DNA of 63,547 nucleotides, the filler included, from Aduncisulcus paluster (taxonomy: Eukaryota), in assembly GCA_024181965.1 (NCBI GenBank). It is 16 parts of 16 records of this genome, joined end to end, with 100 filler letters (N's around TTAATTAATTAA, not from the genome) between each part and the next. Parts side by side here need not be neighbours in the genome. Positions count along the whole stretch, not along the records: positions 1 to 8,686 come from BQXS01000271.1; positions 8,787 to 11,647 come from BQXS01000279.1; 14 more parts are not named here. One strand, written 5' to 3'. Both the position numbers and the translations under genes were made by a program. The notes below the pieces were generated by a model. It was not told the origin of the DNA and ran no database searches. It worked only from the letters and a program-made list of their open reading frames with translations. Positions 1 through 10,871 of this stretch are shown piece after piece. Within the stretch, counting starts at the first letter, position 1. Every line of letters starts with the position of its first letter.

Positions 1-1370
1 GAGCCACGATCTGAGATGATATATGTTCTCGCAACACTATGCATTGAGTGTCCAGGAAGGTGGGAGGCAAGTTATAGTTCCACCGGACAAAACTCATGTA
101 AATGTCGTAATACCACAGAAAGAATGGAAAAATTAATAATTAGAGGTCCTTTTTGAGCAGAATTAACAAGAAAAAATTAAGGTTTTAGGTGATTCCCTAA
201 TAAATGCATCCGCCTTTAGATTCGTCTAGCTAATTTTGTTACAATATACAATTTTATTGTAAGTAATTATCATCAAATGAATTGTTGCTGATCGTTTCTA
301 ACTGAAATATTATATTCCAAACAGCGAATTCCGATGTTTTATATGTTTTCTTGAGATGAGTTCTTTAGCAATGAGTATATGAATATAAAACATGATAAAA
401 TATCGAATTTCGTGTCAAAAACATCTCGTGGAGCAAATGGCATGATTTTATTGATTTGATTCCTCTCTTTATACTGTGTCATTCATAACATCTTCATTTG
501 TACAACCTCTTAAGAATATTTTTCCAAATATTCCTGGAATATCACGATAAAAACGGGGCTTACAGTAATTGCAATTCGAAGTTCATGTCATTATTCTCTC
601 TACTGCTTGTTATTGTGTGTCAATGATATCTGTTTGGCTCTCGAACTTTTTGACACATTATTGTTCTTTTTATTGACATAAAACTGAACTCAAACGTTTG
701 ATATTTGCCAGAACCAGTAGAACCAATCTATGTCACATCTTATATCTTATATCTTGGATGATGATCTGTGATCTTTACTATTGCTTCCGTTCTTTGGTTC
801 TTTATGTTGCCGAATCCAAGCTTTTCTCTTCTCCTTGAAACATAAGAAGAGAACTTGTACTGTGTCTATGAAGTCTATTCTTTTTATTCATGACTTCACC
901 AATCCCCTATCTATCTATGAGTAAATTTCCCCCCTTTTACCCCCATCCGTGGGGGTCCCCCCTGTACGGTGGTTGCACTGTACATTTCTTTATTATATTT
1001 TTTTCCCAAAAAAACAAACAAACAAAAAAATACACAAACTTTCCACCGGCGGTGGCTGAGAAAAGTGGGGGAACCTCTATCGAAAAAATATTTGATATTT
1101 GCATTCTTTATTGATTTGTTGCGGATATTGTATTTTATATTGATCTGGTATTGAACCTTGCTTCCAGTCGTCTTCGTTGAATGATCCGATGTCGTTGTGC
1201 AAGAAAAAGTATTTTAAGGATAATAATATCATTTTTCAAAATATATTTGTTTATTAATTTAATAAAACAATATGTTTTGCTTATTTTATTCTTAATTTCG
1301 TTTGATCATCTTTCAAATCATGTTTTCTTTCGATATTATACCTATTCAAAATATTTTTTTATAATTTATT

Positions 1371-2663
1371 ATGCCAATTGATAATCCGTGTTCAGATTTA
1401 TTGATTTCGTTGTCATCAAAATTATGCAAAGGAGAGTTAGTTGCTTTCCCCACTGAAACAGTCTATGGACTCGGTGCTGATGCTACAAATGCTGAAGCCG
1501 TTAAGAATATATTTAAAGTTAAAGGTCGGCCATTGTCAGATCCGGTTATTTGCCATGTTGACTCCATATCCATGGCACTTACTCTTTTAGATTTTACTGC
1601 GCAAGAAAGAAGTATTTTTGATGCTCTAGTTGAATATTGGCCTGGTCCTCTAACGATTGTGGGTAAAGCAACATCACTAGTGCCTCCTGTTGTCATGGCT
1701 GGTGGTTTGACCGTTGGAGTTCGTTTTCCTGATCATCCTGTCGCCAGAACTCTTATTCGGCATGCCAAAGTCCCAATTGCTGCCCCATCTGCGAATAGAT
1801 TTGGACATATATCACCAACAACTGCCCAGCATGTTAAAGATGACCTCGAAGCCCCATACCGTGATTTGTACAAGGCAGAACTTCATATAATTGATGGAGG
1901 ATGTACAAAAATAGGAATAGAAAGCACGGTATTGGCCATTAATGGCAATAATGTTACTATTTTTAGAAGGGGAGGTTTTCCCGTGTCTCTTGTCGAATCT
2001 GTTCTTAAACCCCTTGATGGTGTCACTATTAATGTCTTCCATCGTGCCTCAAGGGTTGAAGATGTTAAAGAAGGTGAGTTGTCGGCTCCTGGACAACTTT
2101 TGAAGCACTATGCTCCAGATCTTCCCTGCTATCTATATGGTGGGTCAATTTCAACTCTAGAGATACCTTCTGCTTCCCGTAAGGATGGTTCACAAACGAG
2201 TGTTCAATATACAGTTTCTCATTCATACGATTCTATATTTATTGTGGACATTGCTGGTCATATTGCCTCGCTTTCTACAAAGTTCAAACACTACATTGAT
2301 ATCTGTCCTGATGGAGATCTCGATATGGCTGCTCAGTCCTTTTTCCATACTTTGCGTCATATTGAAGCTGAACTAAAAGATGGAACTCTTGACATTGAAG
2401 CTATTGTCATATGTGATCCGACTATCCCCAAACTTGACGTTTCTCACACGACATCTCACGTTGTTTCTGAAGAATCATCTTCCAGGTCCACGAAGGACAT
2501 GTCAGACGGTACAGATTCCAGTTCAACCATTCAATTGAAGTCAAAGTCCGATCTTCTGCATGTCTCTGCTGAGGCTCTGAAGGATAGAATGTTTAGAAGC
2601 ACGAGTGGATACACGTGTGATATCAAAGAAGATTCCATCGTTGTTTATCCCCCTTTTTTCTGA
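1371..2663 (+). CDS. SUA5: Threonylcarbamoyl-AMP synthase Sua5 (TsaC/YrdC domain plus SUA5 C-terminal domain)
   Basis: 430-aa ORF with VAFPTETVYGLGADA, KGRP, WPGPLT, VGVRFPDHP, PIAAPSANRFG, GIESTV and the Sua5 linker motif SAPGQLLKHYAP. Confidence 0.95.
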   Translation: MPIDNPCSDLLISLSSKLCKGELVAFPTETVYGLGADATNAEAVKNIFKVKGRPLSDPVICHVDSISMALTLLDFTAQERSIFDALVEYWPGPLTIVGKATSLVPPVVMAGGLTVGVRFPDHPVARTLIRHAKVPIAAPSANRFGHISPTTAQHVKDDLEAPYRDLYKAELHIIDGGCTKIGIESTVLAINGNNVTIFRRGGFPVSLVESVLKPLDGVTINVFHRASRVEDVKEGELSAPGQLLKHYAPDLPCYLYGGSISTLEIPSASRKDGSQTSVQYTVSHSYDSIFIVDIAGHIASLSTKFKHYIDICPDGDLDMAAQSFFHTLRHIEAELKDGTLDIEAIVICDPTIPKLDVSHTTSHVVSEESSSRSTKDMSDGTDSSSTIQLKSKSDLLHVSAEALKDRMFRSTSGYTCDIKEDSIVVYPPFF

Positions 2664-3317
2664 TATTAATAGATGCAATTCATCACCGTCGGCTGGTTGA
2701 TTAATTAATCGATTTGCTCTGGTTAATTTAGGATCTTGTTTTTGCAGCAATAAACTTTCTCTCGAGTCTTGGGTTCTTCTTTGATATTTTCCTGATATCT
2801 GAGAGAGAGAGTGATGTGAGTTTGGTTTAGTGATTCAAAAAGTTGTTGGACTCTAGAAACTTCAAAAGTCATGTATGCAGGGTGGGTGGGTGGGCAAGAC
2901 ATACATGGTTTAAATATCTAAATAACATGATGTCAAGAAAGTTTCAGTTTGTGGATATATTTGGCGAGTGAGTTACCGTATTGTGTATATACGTAGTCTG
3001 AGGCAATTGGATGTATGGAAGAAAATAATCTGTGTCGGATATACTAGAAGCGTAAGATCGCAGGGTATTAACCCCTACACATACGACCCATGGCAATAAT
3101 GCCACCCCAAATTGCATTACCCTCACGGGGTATATATCCCACAACATAATTGGTCACGGATACACTCACTCCATCGGTTTGCACAGATATGTGTCTTTTG
3201 AACGTTCGCGTCCCGTATTTCCGTACAAGTCTCTTCCTTTGCTTTTTTAACAAATTTAAACCCTCTTCCCCCACTATTTTTGATACTCTATTACTATTTA
3301 TAGTAACGTATCTTAAT

Positions 3318-3794
3318 TTAGTGGGGGAAGAGAGAGGCAGTTCTTAGGAATCCGCCGGGATTCCTTTTTTCTAACTTTTCACCCATTTCAGGGGAAAACT
3401 TATATACATTCATCCCAAATTCCCTTTTTACCCTCCTTATAAATGTTTGGAGGGCATTTACCTCCCATTTTCTGGCCTCAGTAATCAAGTGAGCACTGAG
3501 ACCAGAAAATGGGAGTACGGGCACCTCAACTTCTCCTCCACCTTGAATAATTCTAATTCTCTCTTCCTCTTCTTCTTGGTTCTTTTTTTCATCTTCTTCA
3601 ATAATTAATTGGTGTATAATTTCTGTAATCATTTGTTCATCAGACGCGTCTCCTTCCATAGTCATTCCATAGGTCTTTTCCATCCAAAATCTAACATCGT
3701 CTACTAATCGCTTTGAGGGATATTCTGGCCTTTTTCTCGCTATTTTGGCTCGATATTCTTCGGTTATAATGTAATTCAATCTATCTATTAACAT
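3318..3794 (-). CDS. Hypothetical protein, in frame directly after the stop of the upstream transposase relic
   Basis: 158-aa ORF; minus strand reads AAA TAA ATG TTA across the junction with 3795-4586; no recognised motif. Confidence 0.35.
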   Translation of the reverse strand: MLIDRLNYIITEEYRAKIARKRPEYPSKRLVDDVRFWMEKTYGMTMEGDASDEQMITEIIHQLIIEEDEKKNQEEEEERIRIIQGGGEVEVPVLPFSGLSAHLITEARKWEVNALQTFIRRVKREFGMNVYKFSPEMGEKLEKRNPGGFLRTASLFPH

Positions 3795-4586
3795 TTATTT
3801 GCGGTCATCTAAAAGATTTTTATAGGTGTTTGGAAAAGGATGTAGAGTGGCATTCACATCAAACACATTTGGAATTTTCTTCTCCAAACACACTCTTCTC
3901 AACTCTTTTCGTGATCGTGAGGGAACTGCAAAATTTAAGAATTTGATCATATGGCCTCCGAGTCTCAGGACCTCGAGATGCATAAGGTCGTGGGGCATGT
4001 GATATTGTGGAGAAAAGAAAAGTAATGGGGAAGAGAGGATGCAATCCTTATATTCGGCACTTTGTCGATGCTCGACTCCACAGTTTTCAAATAGTGCCAA
4101 TCCTTTTGCCTTACAAATCTGACACCTCTCAGATGAGAGGTGAAGTCCAAGAATTTTTGTGTGTTGTGGAGTATCGGCAGTTATTAGAGAAAGATATCCT
4201 ATTATACTTATATTTTCAATGATAATACTTTTTTGGAGAGAAACTATTTCATCTCTGATCTTCCATAGGATCCGATCTAGATGATCAACGGGAACCGTTG
4301 ATAGTTCCCATATCCATTTGAAGCGAACTCTAAATTGTCGTAGGATATTTATGAGAGAACATTTCACTGCTAGAACGTTGATCTTTCCATTCCGAGAAAC
4401 ACTAACTCCATCAAGAAAATACTGAATCCCGCAGCACCACACATTCCCAATTGCAGGATATTCTTTGGATATAATGGATTTATAATCCAACAATGTATCC
4501 TCAAGGACTTGTCCCACTCTCCCATACATTCTGACAATTTCAAACACCTTCTCACAATCACTTTTTACCTTCGAAACAAAATCCAT
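3795..4586 (-). mobile_element. CACTA/EnSpm (CMC)-type DDE transposase fragment, copy D
   Basis: GIQYFLDGV (first Asp), SLINI, LITADTP (second Asp), CQIC and HDLMH in the expected order; ends before the catalytic Glu region. Confidence 0.7.
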
Positions 4587-4942
4587 ATCATCGTAACGTG
4601 ATACATATTGCCACGCCCTGATTTCTTCCCAGATCGTGGAACTGCAATAATCACGGACTTGATGGAGTATGATGTATCCTTGCGTTGTCTAAAACAAACA
4701 CATAGTGTTTGTCGCGTCCAATAAGATTGCATGCCTTCATCACCTTCAGGCACTAAAGAAAATCAATGCTTGCAAGCACCACCCATAATACAGTCATGGC
4801 GAATGAAGCCATTTACACCTAGGAAGGCAACAAAATTAGATCTTTTGGATCTCAACGAGCGATTATGAAAATCCTTGTTCTAGCCCACTTCAGGCCTTAA
4901 CAAAATTGCCGCAGGGTGTATTTTGCATCTATCCCGGTCTTA

Positions 4943-6067
4943 TCAATGAATCAGAAGCTTGATAGAGGTTTGGACTTGAGTAGAATGTCTAATTTCGATT
5001 CGAACTCCAAAATTTCTTCGGCTTGTTTTTCCTTGGGAATATGGACAATCTTCCAATTTATATTGGGGAGTGTGACAGGCGTTAAAATATGACCATTGTG
5101 TCATTTCATCGTCTTCACTGATGACAACAAATAGTGGTGTCTTTCGTAGATCGGTGAATCTCACTCGGGTAGCCTTCATGGTGACGCCCAGGCTGTTCAT
5201 GATCAAAGTAGAGCAGGCCTTTTTAGCTATTACTTCCATATAATTCCCTTGGAAATTACAATTGTTGTCGAAGAGATTCCTCGAAACAATGTGACTTTTC
5301 TCCATAATTGCGGCGTCGTGGGTTGTTGGAGCCCCATGTCTCTCATACTCCTCAAGAAGATGAGCATCTTGAGTATGCATTATGATTGTATACTTATGAA
5401 GTCTCCTTTTGAAAACCTCATTCCTCAACTTCACAAAATGATGTGTCATTTTCATCTGTTCCCTTGTTATGGAGTCCGATAAATGACATCAAAGCAGATG
5501 CCTGTGCAACAATTTGAAGGTCTTTCTTTGCTTGCTCATATCTAGGAGTCCTTGCACAATCAAGATCAATTATCGGAAGAAGAATGAGATGGAGATGCGT
5601 CAAGAACCTTGCAAAGTCATGAGCTCTCCATCCAGCAACATGCTCAAAGGTCTTAAATGAGCCAGTATCTAGAGCAATCAGCGAACATGCCTGATTGACA
5701 TAGTTCATCGCCATCGGTTTGGAATATTCAAGATCGGCCATGCACAGTTTGATCACCTCCGTGACTCTTTCCCCTTGTCTCTTTTCTTCAGAGTGCATAT
5801 GGTCCACAGGAATATCCTCAAAGAGCGAATTCTCCTACACAAATGGCTTACCTTTCTCCGTGTATAATTGTGCCTCCGTAATATATTCAATATAGTAGGG
5901 AAGTATTCACCTCTCGCTTGGCAGATGGGGCAAGTATCTCCACTGTGAGGAAAGTTGAGAATCCTCCAACGCTCGGGCGAATCGGCTGTCACCATTGAAA
6001 GGTAGCCAACAATGTTGATCTCTTCACCACCACACTTGGCGCGGATTCCACTCTGCAGTCTGACCAT
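4943..6067 (-). pseudogene. CACTA/EnSpm (CMC)-type transposase, frameshifted, copy C
   Basis: Three consecutive frames give MVTADSP..CPIC (5753-6067), PVDHMHSEEK and GWRAHDFARFL (5418-5830), then LSDSITREQ..YTIIMHTQDAHLLEEYERHGAPTTHDAAIMEKSH (4943-5480; H..H..GP..E region). Part is duplicated at 6172-6730 around assembly gaps. Confidence 0.7.
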
Positions 6068-7684
6068 GTCTTCTTCCTTTGTAAAATGCCCTCTGAAATG
6101 GTATTTGCCGTGAATAGTTCGCCATGTTGAATCAAATCCGGGGCTTCACAGNNNNNNNNNNNNNNNNNNNNAGTTTGATCACCTCCGTGACTCTTTCCCC
6201 TTGTCTCTTTTCTAGGAGTCCTTGCACAATCAAGATCAATTATCGGAAGAAGAATGAGATGGAGATGCGTCAAGAACCTTGCAAAGTCATGAGCTCTCCA
6301 TCCAGCAACATGCTCAAAGGTCTNNNNNNNNNNNNNNNNNNNNTCTTTCCCCTTGTCTCTTTTCTTCAGAGTGCATATGGTCCACAGGAATATCCTCAAA
6401 GAGCGAATTCTCCTACACAAATGGCTTACCTTTCTCCGTGTATAATTGTGCCTCCGTAATATATTCAATATAGTAGGGAAGTATTCACCTCTCGCTTGGC
6501 AGATGGGGCAAGTATCTCCACTGTGAGGAAAGTTGAGAATCCTCCAACGCTCGGGCGAATCGGCTGTCACCATTGAAAGGTAGCCAACAATGTTGATCTC
6601 TTCACCACCACACTTGGCGCGGATTCCACTCTGCAGTCTGACCATGTCTTCTTCCTTTGTAAAATGCCCTCTGAAATGGTATTTGCCGTGAATAGTTCGC
6701 CATGTTGAATCAAATCCGGGGCTTCACAGAGAATTTCTCTCAGAGTCTGAGTATCTGAAATGAGAAAATTCTCACCATTTGAGCGGAGAAGGCTCACACG
6801 ACCAATTTTGTCATTGTCAAATGGTTTCGGATCCCTCATCACAAGGGCCCGCAACAGTTCGGCCAACGTGGAGTTGAAGTGTGCCAGTAATAATAGAATA
6901 AATCTTCCACCTTTTTACACAAGTCTGGGGTCAGCTTTGGGGGAACCTTGGTGTGACTTCGGATATGCTCGAGATGGTGAAGAAGTCTTAAAGAACAGGT
7001 GGGATTGCCCATTACCGCACACTACCATTCCCATGAACGCTCCAGCATTTAGGGCATGGGATCTTGATTTCTATAACAATCATACTTGACCTCATATATC
7101 ATAGATATTTCAAATATAGACAAATCTTTCCTCTGTACGGCTTTTGGTTGGGATGCTATTCTGGCTTTCACGCACAGAAATCTGACCTTTGGGCTGACCG
7201 AAAAACCATCAACAAAATAAGTTATTGGGAACCAGAGAAACCTTTTTTTTGGAGTAGTTTACTCTTTGAAAGGGAGCAATTTTAGAATCGTACAATTGTG
7301 ATGTGGCTTTTCTTATCACCTTTTCGAAGTTTACACCGGTCGACAGTGCTCTAAACTACGAACAAGCTTCTTATAGGGACAATTCGATGCTTCCTCCAGA
7401 AACTTCCACTTTCTGCTCAGAGGATAATGTTTGTTAAAGAGCTCCATCTGAGCAGGGTTTAACATACATTCGATCATCTTGATGGTGTCAATGGTATCAC
7501 CCAACTCTTGATCATGTAACAAATCATTACAATGGAGTTCTCCAGGAGAGAAAAGAATAAATGACGTCCATCCTCATAAGCAGCCCTAAGAACATGCTTA
7601 TCTTTAGTCCTTTTTGTTTTTTGTGTTGAAGAAGAAGAGGACCGAGTTGGAATTGGCTGTGATCTTGATACAGGGAGGATGGGA

Positions 7685-8287
7685 TCAATGGAACGACAAG
7701 GCACAGATTCGATGCCCAGAGATGGAACTGCTAAGAGATTCAGATTCATGCTCATCATCAGCAGGGAGGGCGTAGCGACGTTTGCCTGACTGTTCATCAG
7801 CGAAGAGAAGAGCTTCACCTCTCGTGGTGCACCATGGACATGGATGATGACCACCCATTGGAGCATCCATGTTGATCCACTTCTGCTTACCATCACATAT
7901 GATATGATGTAAATAGCCATAAAGAATACAATCTACCCCATTCATCTTCAAAATGATACCTTTGTGAAGGTGATCAAGATCATCAAGAAACTCGCTTAAA
8001 ACAGCCATAGAAGGTTCTTTAGATCTCTCTTCCAGCACCGTACATTCAACCCAAGCAGCATCTTTTAATCGATAAGTACTTGCAAAGTTGCATAGGGTGA
8101 ATCTTACGCACAGGGCTGTGCCACCTCTGCCATCAATTTGAACCCCATCCATGTACAGGATAATACCGACAAAGAAAACTGGTATAATTCCTTTCGATGT
8201 GCACCAAGCAAGGTAGTCATCACAAGATATCTCGGGTTTGTCAGCTCTAACAGAAGCCCACTCCTCTCTGATAACGTCATCAAACAC
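7685..8287 (-). mobile_element. CACTA/EnSpm (CMC)-type transposase fragment, copy B
   Basis: GIILYMDGVQ, TLCNFASTYR, FLDDLDHLHKGI, HIICDG, GGHHPCPWC: first Asp, second Asp and CxxC in order, then degenerates. Confidence 0.75.
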
Positions 8288-8358
8288 CCGCTTTTCAGTG
8301 AGATTAGACCCACAGTATGTCTTTAAGGCTTGTCATCTATAAATACCACTTCATTTTC

Positions 8359-8661
8359 TCATAAAAAGCTTTTGGAATTGTATATTTGGCTATATTCTCC
8401 TCTAATTTGCGTGATTCGTACGCCATTCTGAAGACGCTCCATCTCCACTTTGATAGCTTCAAGAACTTCGGTCATAGCTTCTGGTGTATCATCAACTGTA
8501 GCCACCTCGAAGATCCACTTATTAAGTTTCCTTTCTTCGAAGGGCAAGTTGATGATACCCATCTTGACTGCTAACACACTTTTCTTCTTCTTCTTTACCA
8601 CCTTAACTCCATCAAGGTACCATTGAATACCGAGGCACCAGACCTTTTTGACCCTTTCCAT
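8359..8661 (-). mobile_element. CACTA/EnSpm (CMC)-type transposase fragment, copy A
   Basis: VWCLGIQWYLDGV..VLAVKMGIINLPFEERKL..EMERLQNG; aligns by eye with copy D (VWCCGIQYFLDGV..VLAVKCSLINI). Confidence 0.7.
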
Positions 8662-8686
8662 TTCTTCTCCTCATCCATTCTTCGGC

Positions 8687-8786
8687 NNNNNNNNNNNNNN
8701 NNNNNNNNNNNNNNNNNNNNNNNNNNNNNNTTAATTAATTAANNNNNNNNNNNNNNNNNNNNNNNNNNNNNNNNNNNNNNNNNNNN
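8687..8786. other. Artificial 100-bp contig linker (first of 15)
   Basis: N-run + TTAATTAATTAA + N-run; repeated at 11648, 13089, 14385, 18489, 19860, 21540, 23206, 29260, 36800, 41732, 43498, 45178, 46525 and 48040. Confidence 0.98.
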
Positions 8787-8788
8787 AA

Positions 8789-10741
8789 GCTACCATCAGC
8801 GATCTTCTTGAGGAAGGTTTTATGCTTAGTGACGTTGGAAAGACAATATCTTTCGCCGTTTCAAGTTGCTTTATTGTGTCTATCGAATCCAGTTCGAAAG
8901 CTCAATGTATACTCGGCGAGAATAATCTTAAAACATCGACTGATTCAACCACAGTCGACACTTGGGAACTCTTTGATGGAGGAATTCTATCTCCAATCGT
9001 GGGGACTGATATTTCGGTTACTCTTGCAGATTCCACCCTAACCATAGAGGGTGTGTTTGAAGGATTGTGTCTCGATCACGGAGAAATATATTTGTTTATC
9101 GCAGGAACAGGTTCTCTGGCCGATTCTACTGGCTTTTCGGGCACAACGAATATTACATCTTCCTTTATGTTCCTTGTGACCGGTGAGAACTCCGCATACG
9201 TGGGATCTGGGTCACAATTCTACGGTATAAGAGTGGATGGTGTCAACGGGTCATACGCTGGCTTTAACTTTGGATATTTCGCTCAAAATTCGGCCGATAT
9301 GTTAGTTCCTTCATACTCTTCTTCTGTGACATCGAGATCTTTTTCAACGGATGACATTTCTTCGCTACAACTAACTCCAGCATATTCCTTTTCCCATCTC
9401 CCCTGTAACACGTGTGGTGGCTTTCAAGTGGAACAGTTACCGTCAATGAGAATAGATAAGGATGATTCTTTCGCCATTAGTATCCAATCTACCCCGATTA
9501 CCTCATTATTTCCCTACAATGTCGATATTTCTGCTTATATTTCAAATGGATGGGTTGTCAAGAATCTTATATCCATGGTCGAACCCTATGAAAATAGTGA
9601 CCTTCTTGAATGGTATTCTGACGAATTTTACTCTGGAACAGTCTCAAAAGTGGCAACTTCTACGACAATCGGATATGTTAGTTCTGTTAATCATTCCTAC
9701 ACGATGAACAAGTTCTCCTTGAGTGAGAATGGGTCGTATGGTCCGTCTGTTGTTCGAATCAATACAAATCCAGTATCGATTATATGTCCATTCAGTGGAA
9801 TCTTATNNNNNNNNNNNNNNNNNNNNGGAACAGTCTCAAAAGTGGCAACTTCTACGACAATCGGATATGTTAGTTCTGTTAATCATTCCTACACGATGAA
9901 CAAGTTCTCCTTGAGTGAGAATGGGTCGTATGGTCCGTCTGTTGTTCGAATCAATACAAATCCAGTATCGATTATATGTCCATTCAGTGGAATCTTATTG
10001 CCTCTCACAGTTGAATGCTCTCCTGCTACACAATTAAATATCTCACTCGCCGTGTCTTCATCCTCAACATCTGCTGTGAGTGTGCCGAGTGCTTACGAGA
10101 CTCTCCCAACTAATTATAGACCACCGAGTAAGTATGGAACTGCGATTCCGATCTGTTCTAACATTTATAATGCTGATCCTTCAGAACCGATGTACAATAA
10201 TGTCAAGCAAATATCACAGGAAACTGGTGAATACAAACAATGTCTTGACAAGGATACGAGAGATGATTGCGGATGTAAGGTTGATCACTACACAACCTCA
10301 GATCCACGTCACACCGATTGTATCGAACAAGTTGTTCGAGTGTTCTATTCGGATGGATTCACACCGAGTTTCTACGTTGAAGAAATCGGTTCGACCCAGA
10401 CCCTGTTCGAAGGTCAAGTTCTTGTCCAAGAAGTGAATGGAAGGACAGATTTCTGTGTGGATGGAGTCTGTGATCATCCATCTGATGACAGTGGCCTAAC
10501 CCTGGATCTCAGCGGTGATGGAGTGATTTCTTGGAAAGGAGCTGAGCTGTTCCATCTTCAATTCACGGCCATATTGGACTCGTATTGTGCCCTTGAATCG
10601 TACGCAATCGTGTGGGTCTATGAACCACCAGTTCAAAGTGTTACCATGTGGGTTTTCATTTCCCTTACTGTTGCTGGATTCGCTGTAGCTATGTTCTTTG
10701 GATATTTACATCATTATAACACTAATGAAAAGAGGTTCTGA
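8789..10741 (+). CDS. CATSPERB: CatSper auxiliary subunit beta-like protein, 5'-partial
   Basis: LPTNYRPPSKYGTAIPICSNIYNADPSEP..SQETGEYKQC..RDDCGC..DCIEQV..EVNGR..KGAELFHL..SYC..VYEPP then one C-terminal TM helix, matching the CATSPERB C-terminus as recalled. Frame is open to the contig edge; 9635-9806 is duplicated at 9827-9998 across a gap. Confidence 0.85.
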   Translation, partial: ATISDLLEEGFMLSDVGKTISFAVSSCFIVSIESSSKAQCILGENNLKTSTDSTTVDTWELFDGGILSPIVGTDISVTLADSTLTIEGVFEGLCLDHGEIYLFIAGTGSLADSTGFSGTTNITSSFMFLVTGENSAYVGSGSQFYGIRVDGVNGSYAGFNFGYFAQNSADMLVPSYSSSVTSRSFSTDDISSLQLTPAYSFSHLPCNTCGGFQVEQLPSMRIDKDDSFAISIQSTPITSLFPYNVDISAYISNGWVVKNLISMVEPYENSDLLEWYSDEFYSGTVSKVATSTTIGYVSSVNHSYTMNKFSLSENGSYGPSVVRINTNPVSIICPFSGILXXXXXXXGTVSKVATSTTIGYVSSVNHSYTMNKFSLSENGSYGPSVVRINTNPVSIICPFSGILLPLTVECSPATQLNISLAVSSSSTSAVSVPSAYETLPTNYRPPSKYGTAIPICSNIYNADPSEPMYNNVKQISQETGEYKQCLDKDTRDDCGCKVDHYTTSDPRHTDCIEQVVRVFYSDGFTPSFYVEEIGSTQTLFEGQVLVQEVNGRTDFCVDGVCDHPSDDSGLTLDLSGDGVISWKGAELFHLQFTAILDSYCALESYAIVWVYEPPVQSVTMWVFISLTVAGFAVAMFFGYLHHYNTNEKRF

Positions 10742-10871
10742 AAATAAATACTCTGACAGTCAGAGTCTGACTGAATTTGACAAATTGAATGTGGCAAGAC
10801 CACTTGTAGTTGTTGGTGTCACAAATTTACTACTTTTAAGGAGAAATAAAAAACACAAAAAATGAAAATTT

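Noticed and set aside
930-945. U5 snRNA loop I (CCTTTTAC)
   Set aside because: Lacks the preceding G and any enclosing stem.
3795-3797. TAA read as Gln (hexamitid code)
   Set aside because: Long conserved genes (TOP2, ABCA, ALT) have no internal TAA/TAG, and TAA ends ALT and other ORFs.
2822-4757. CACTA terminal inverted repeats (TTTAGTG near 2826, CACTAAA at 4751)
   Set aside because: Only 7 bp, facing outward rather than enclosing the ORF, and no TSD seen.
5835-5851. 17-nt mini-intron (AAG|GTAAGCCATTTGTGTAG|G) that would repair a transposase frameshift
   Set aside because: It does restore the frame, but the same copy has another plain frameshift and lacks the first Asp region, and spacing versus copy D fits decay. 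Only RNA could revive it.
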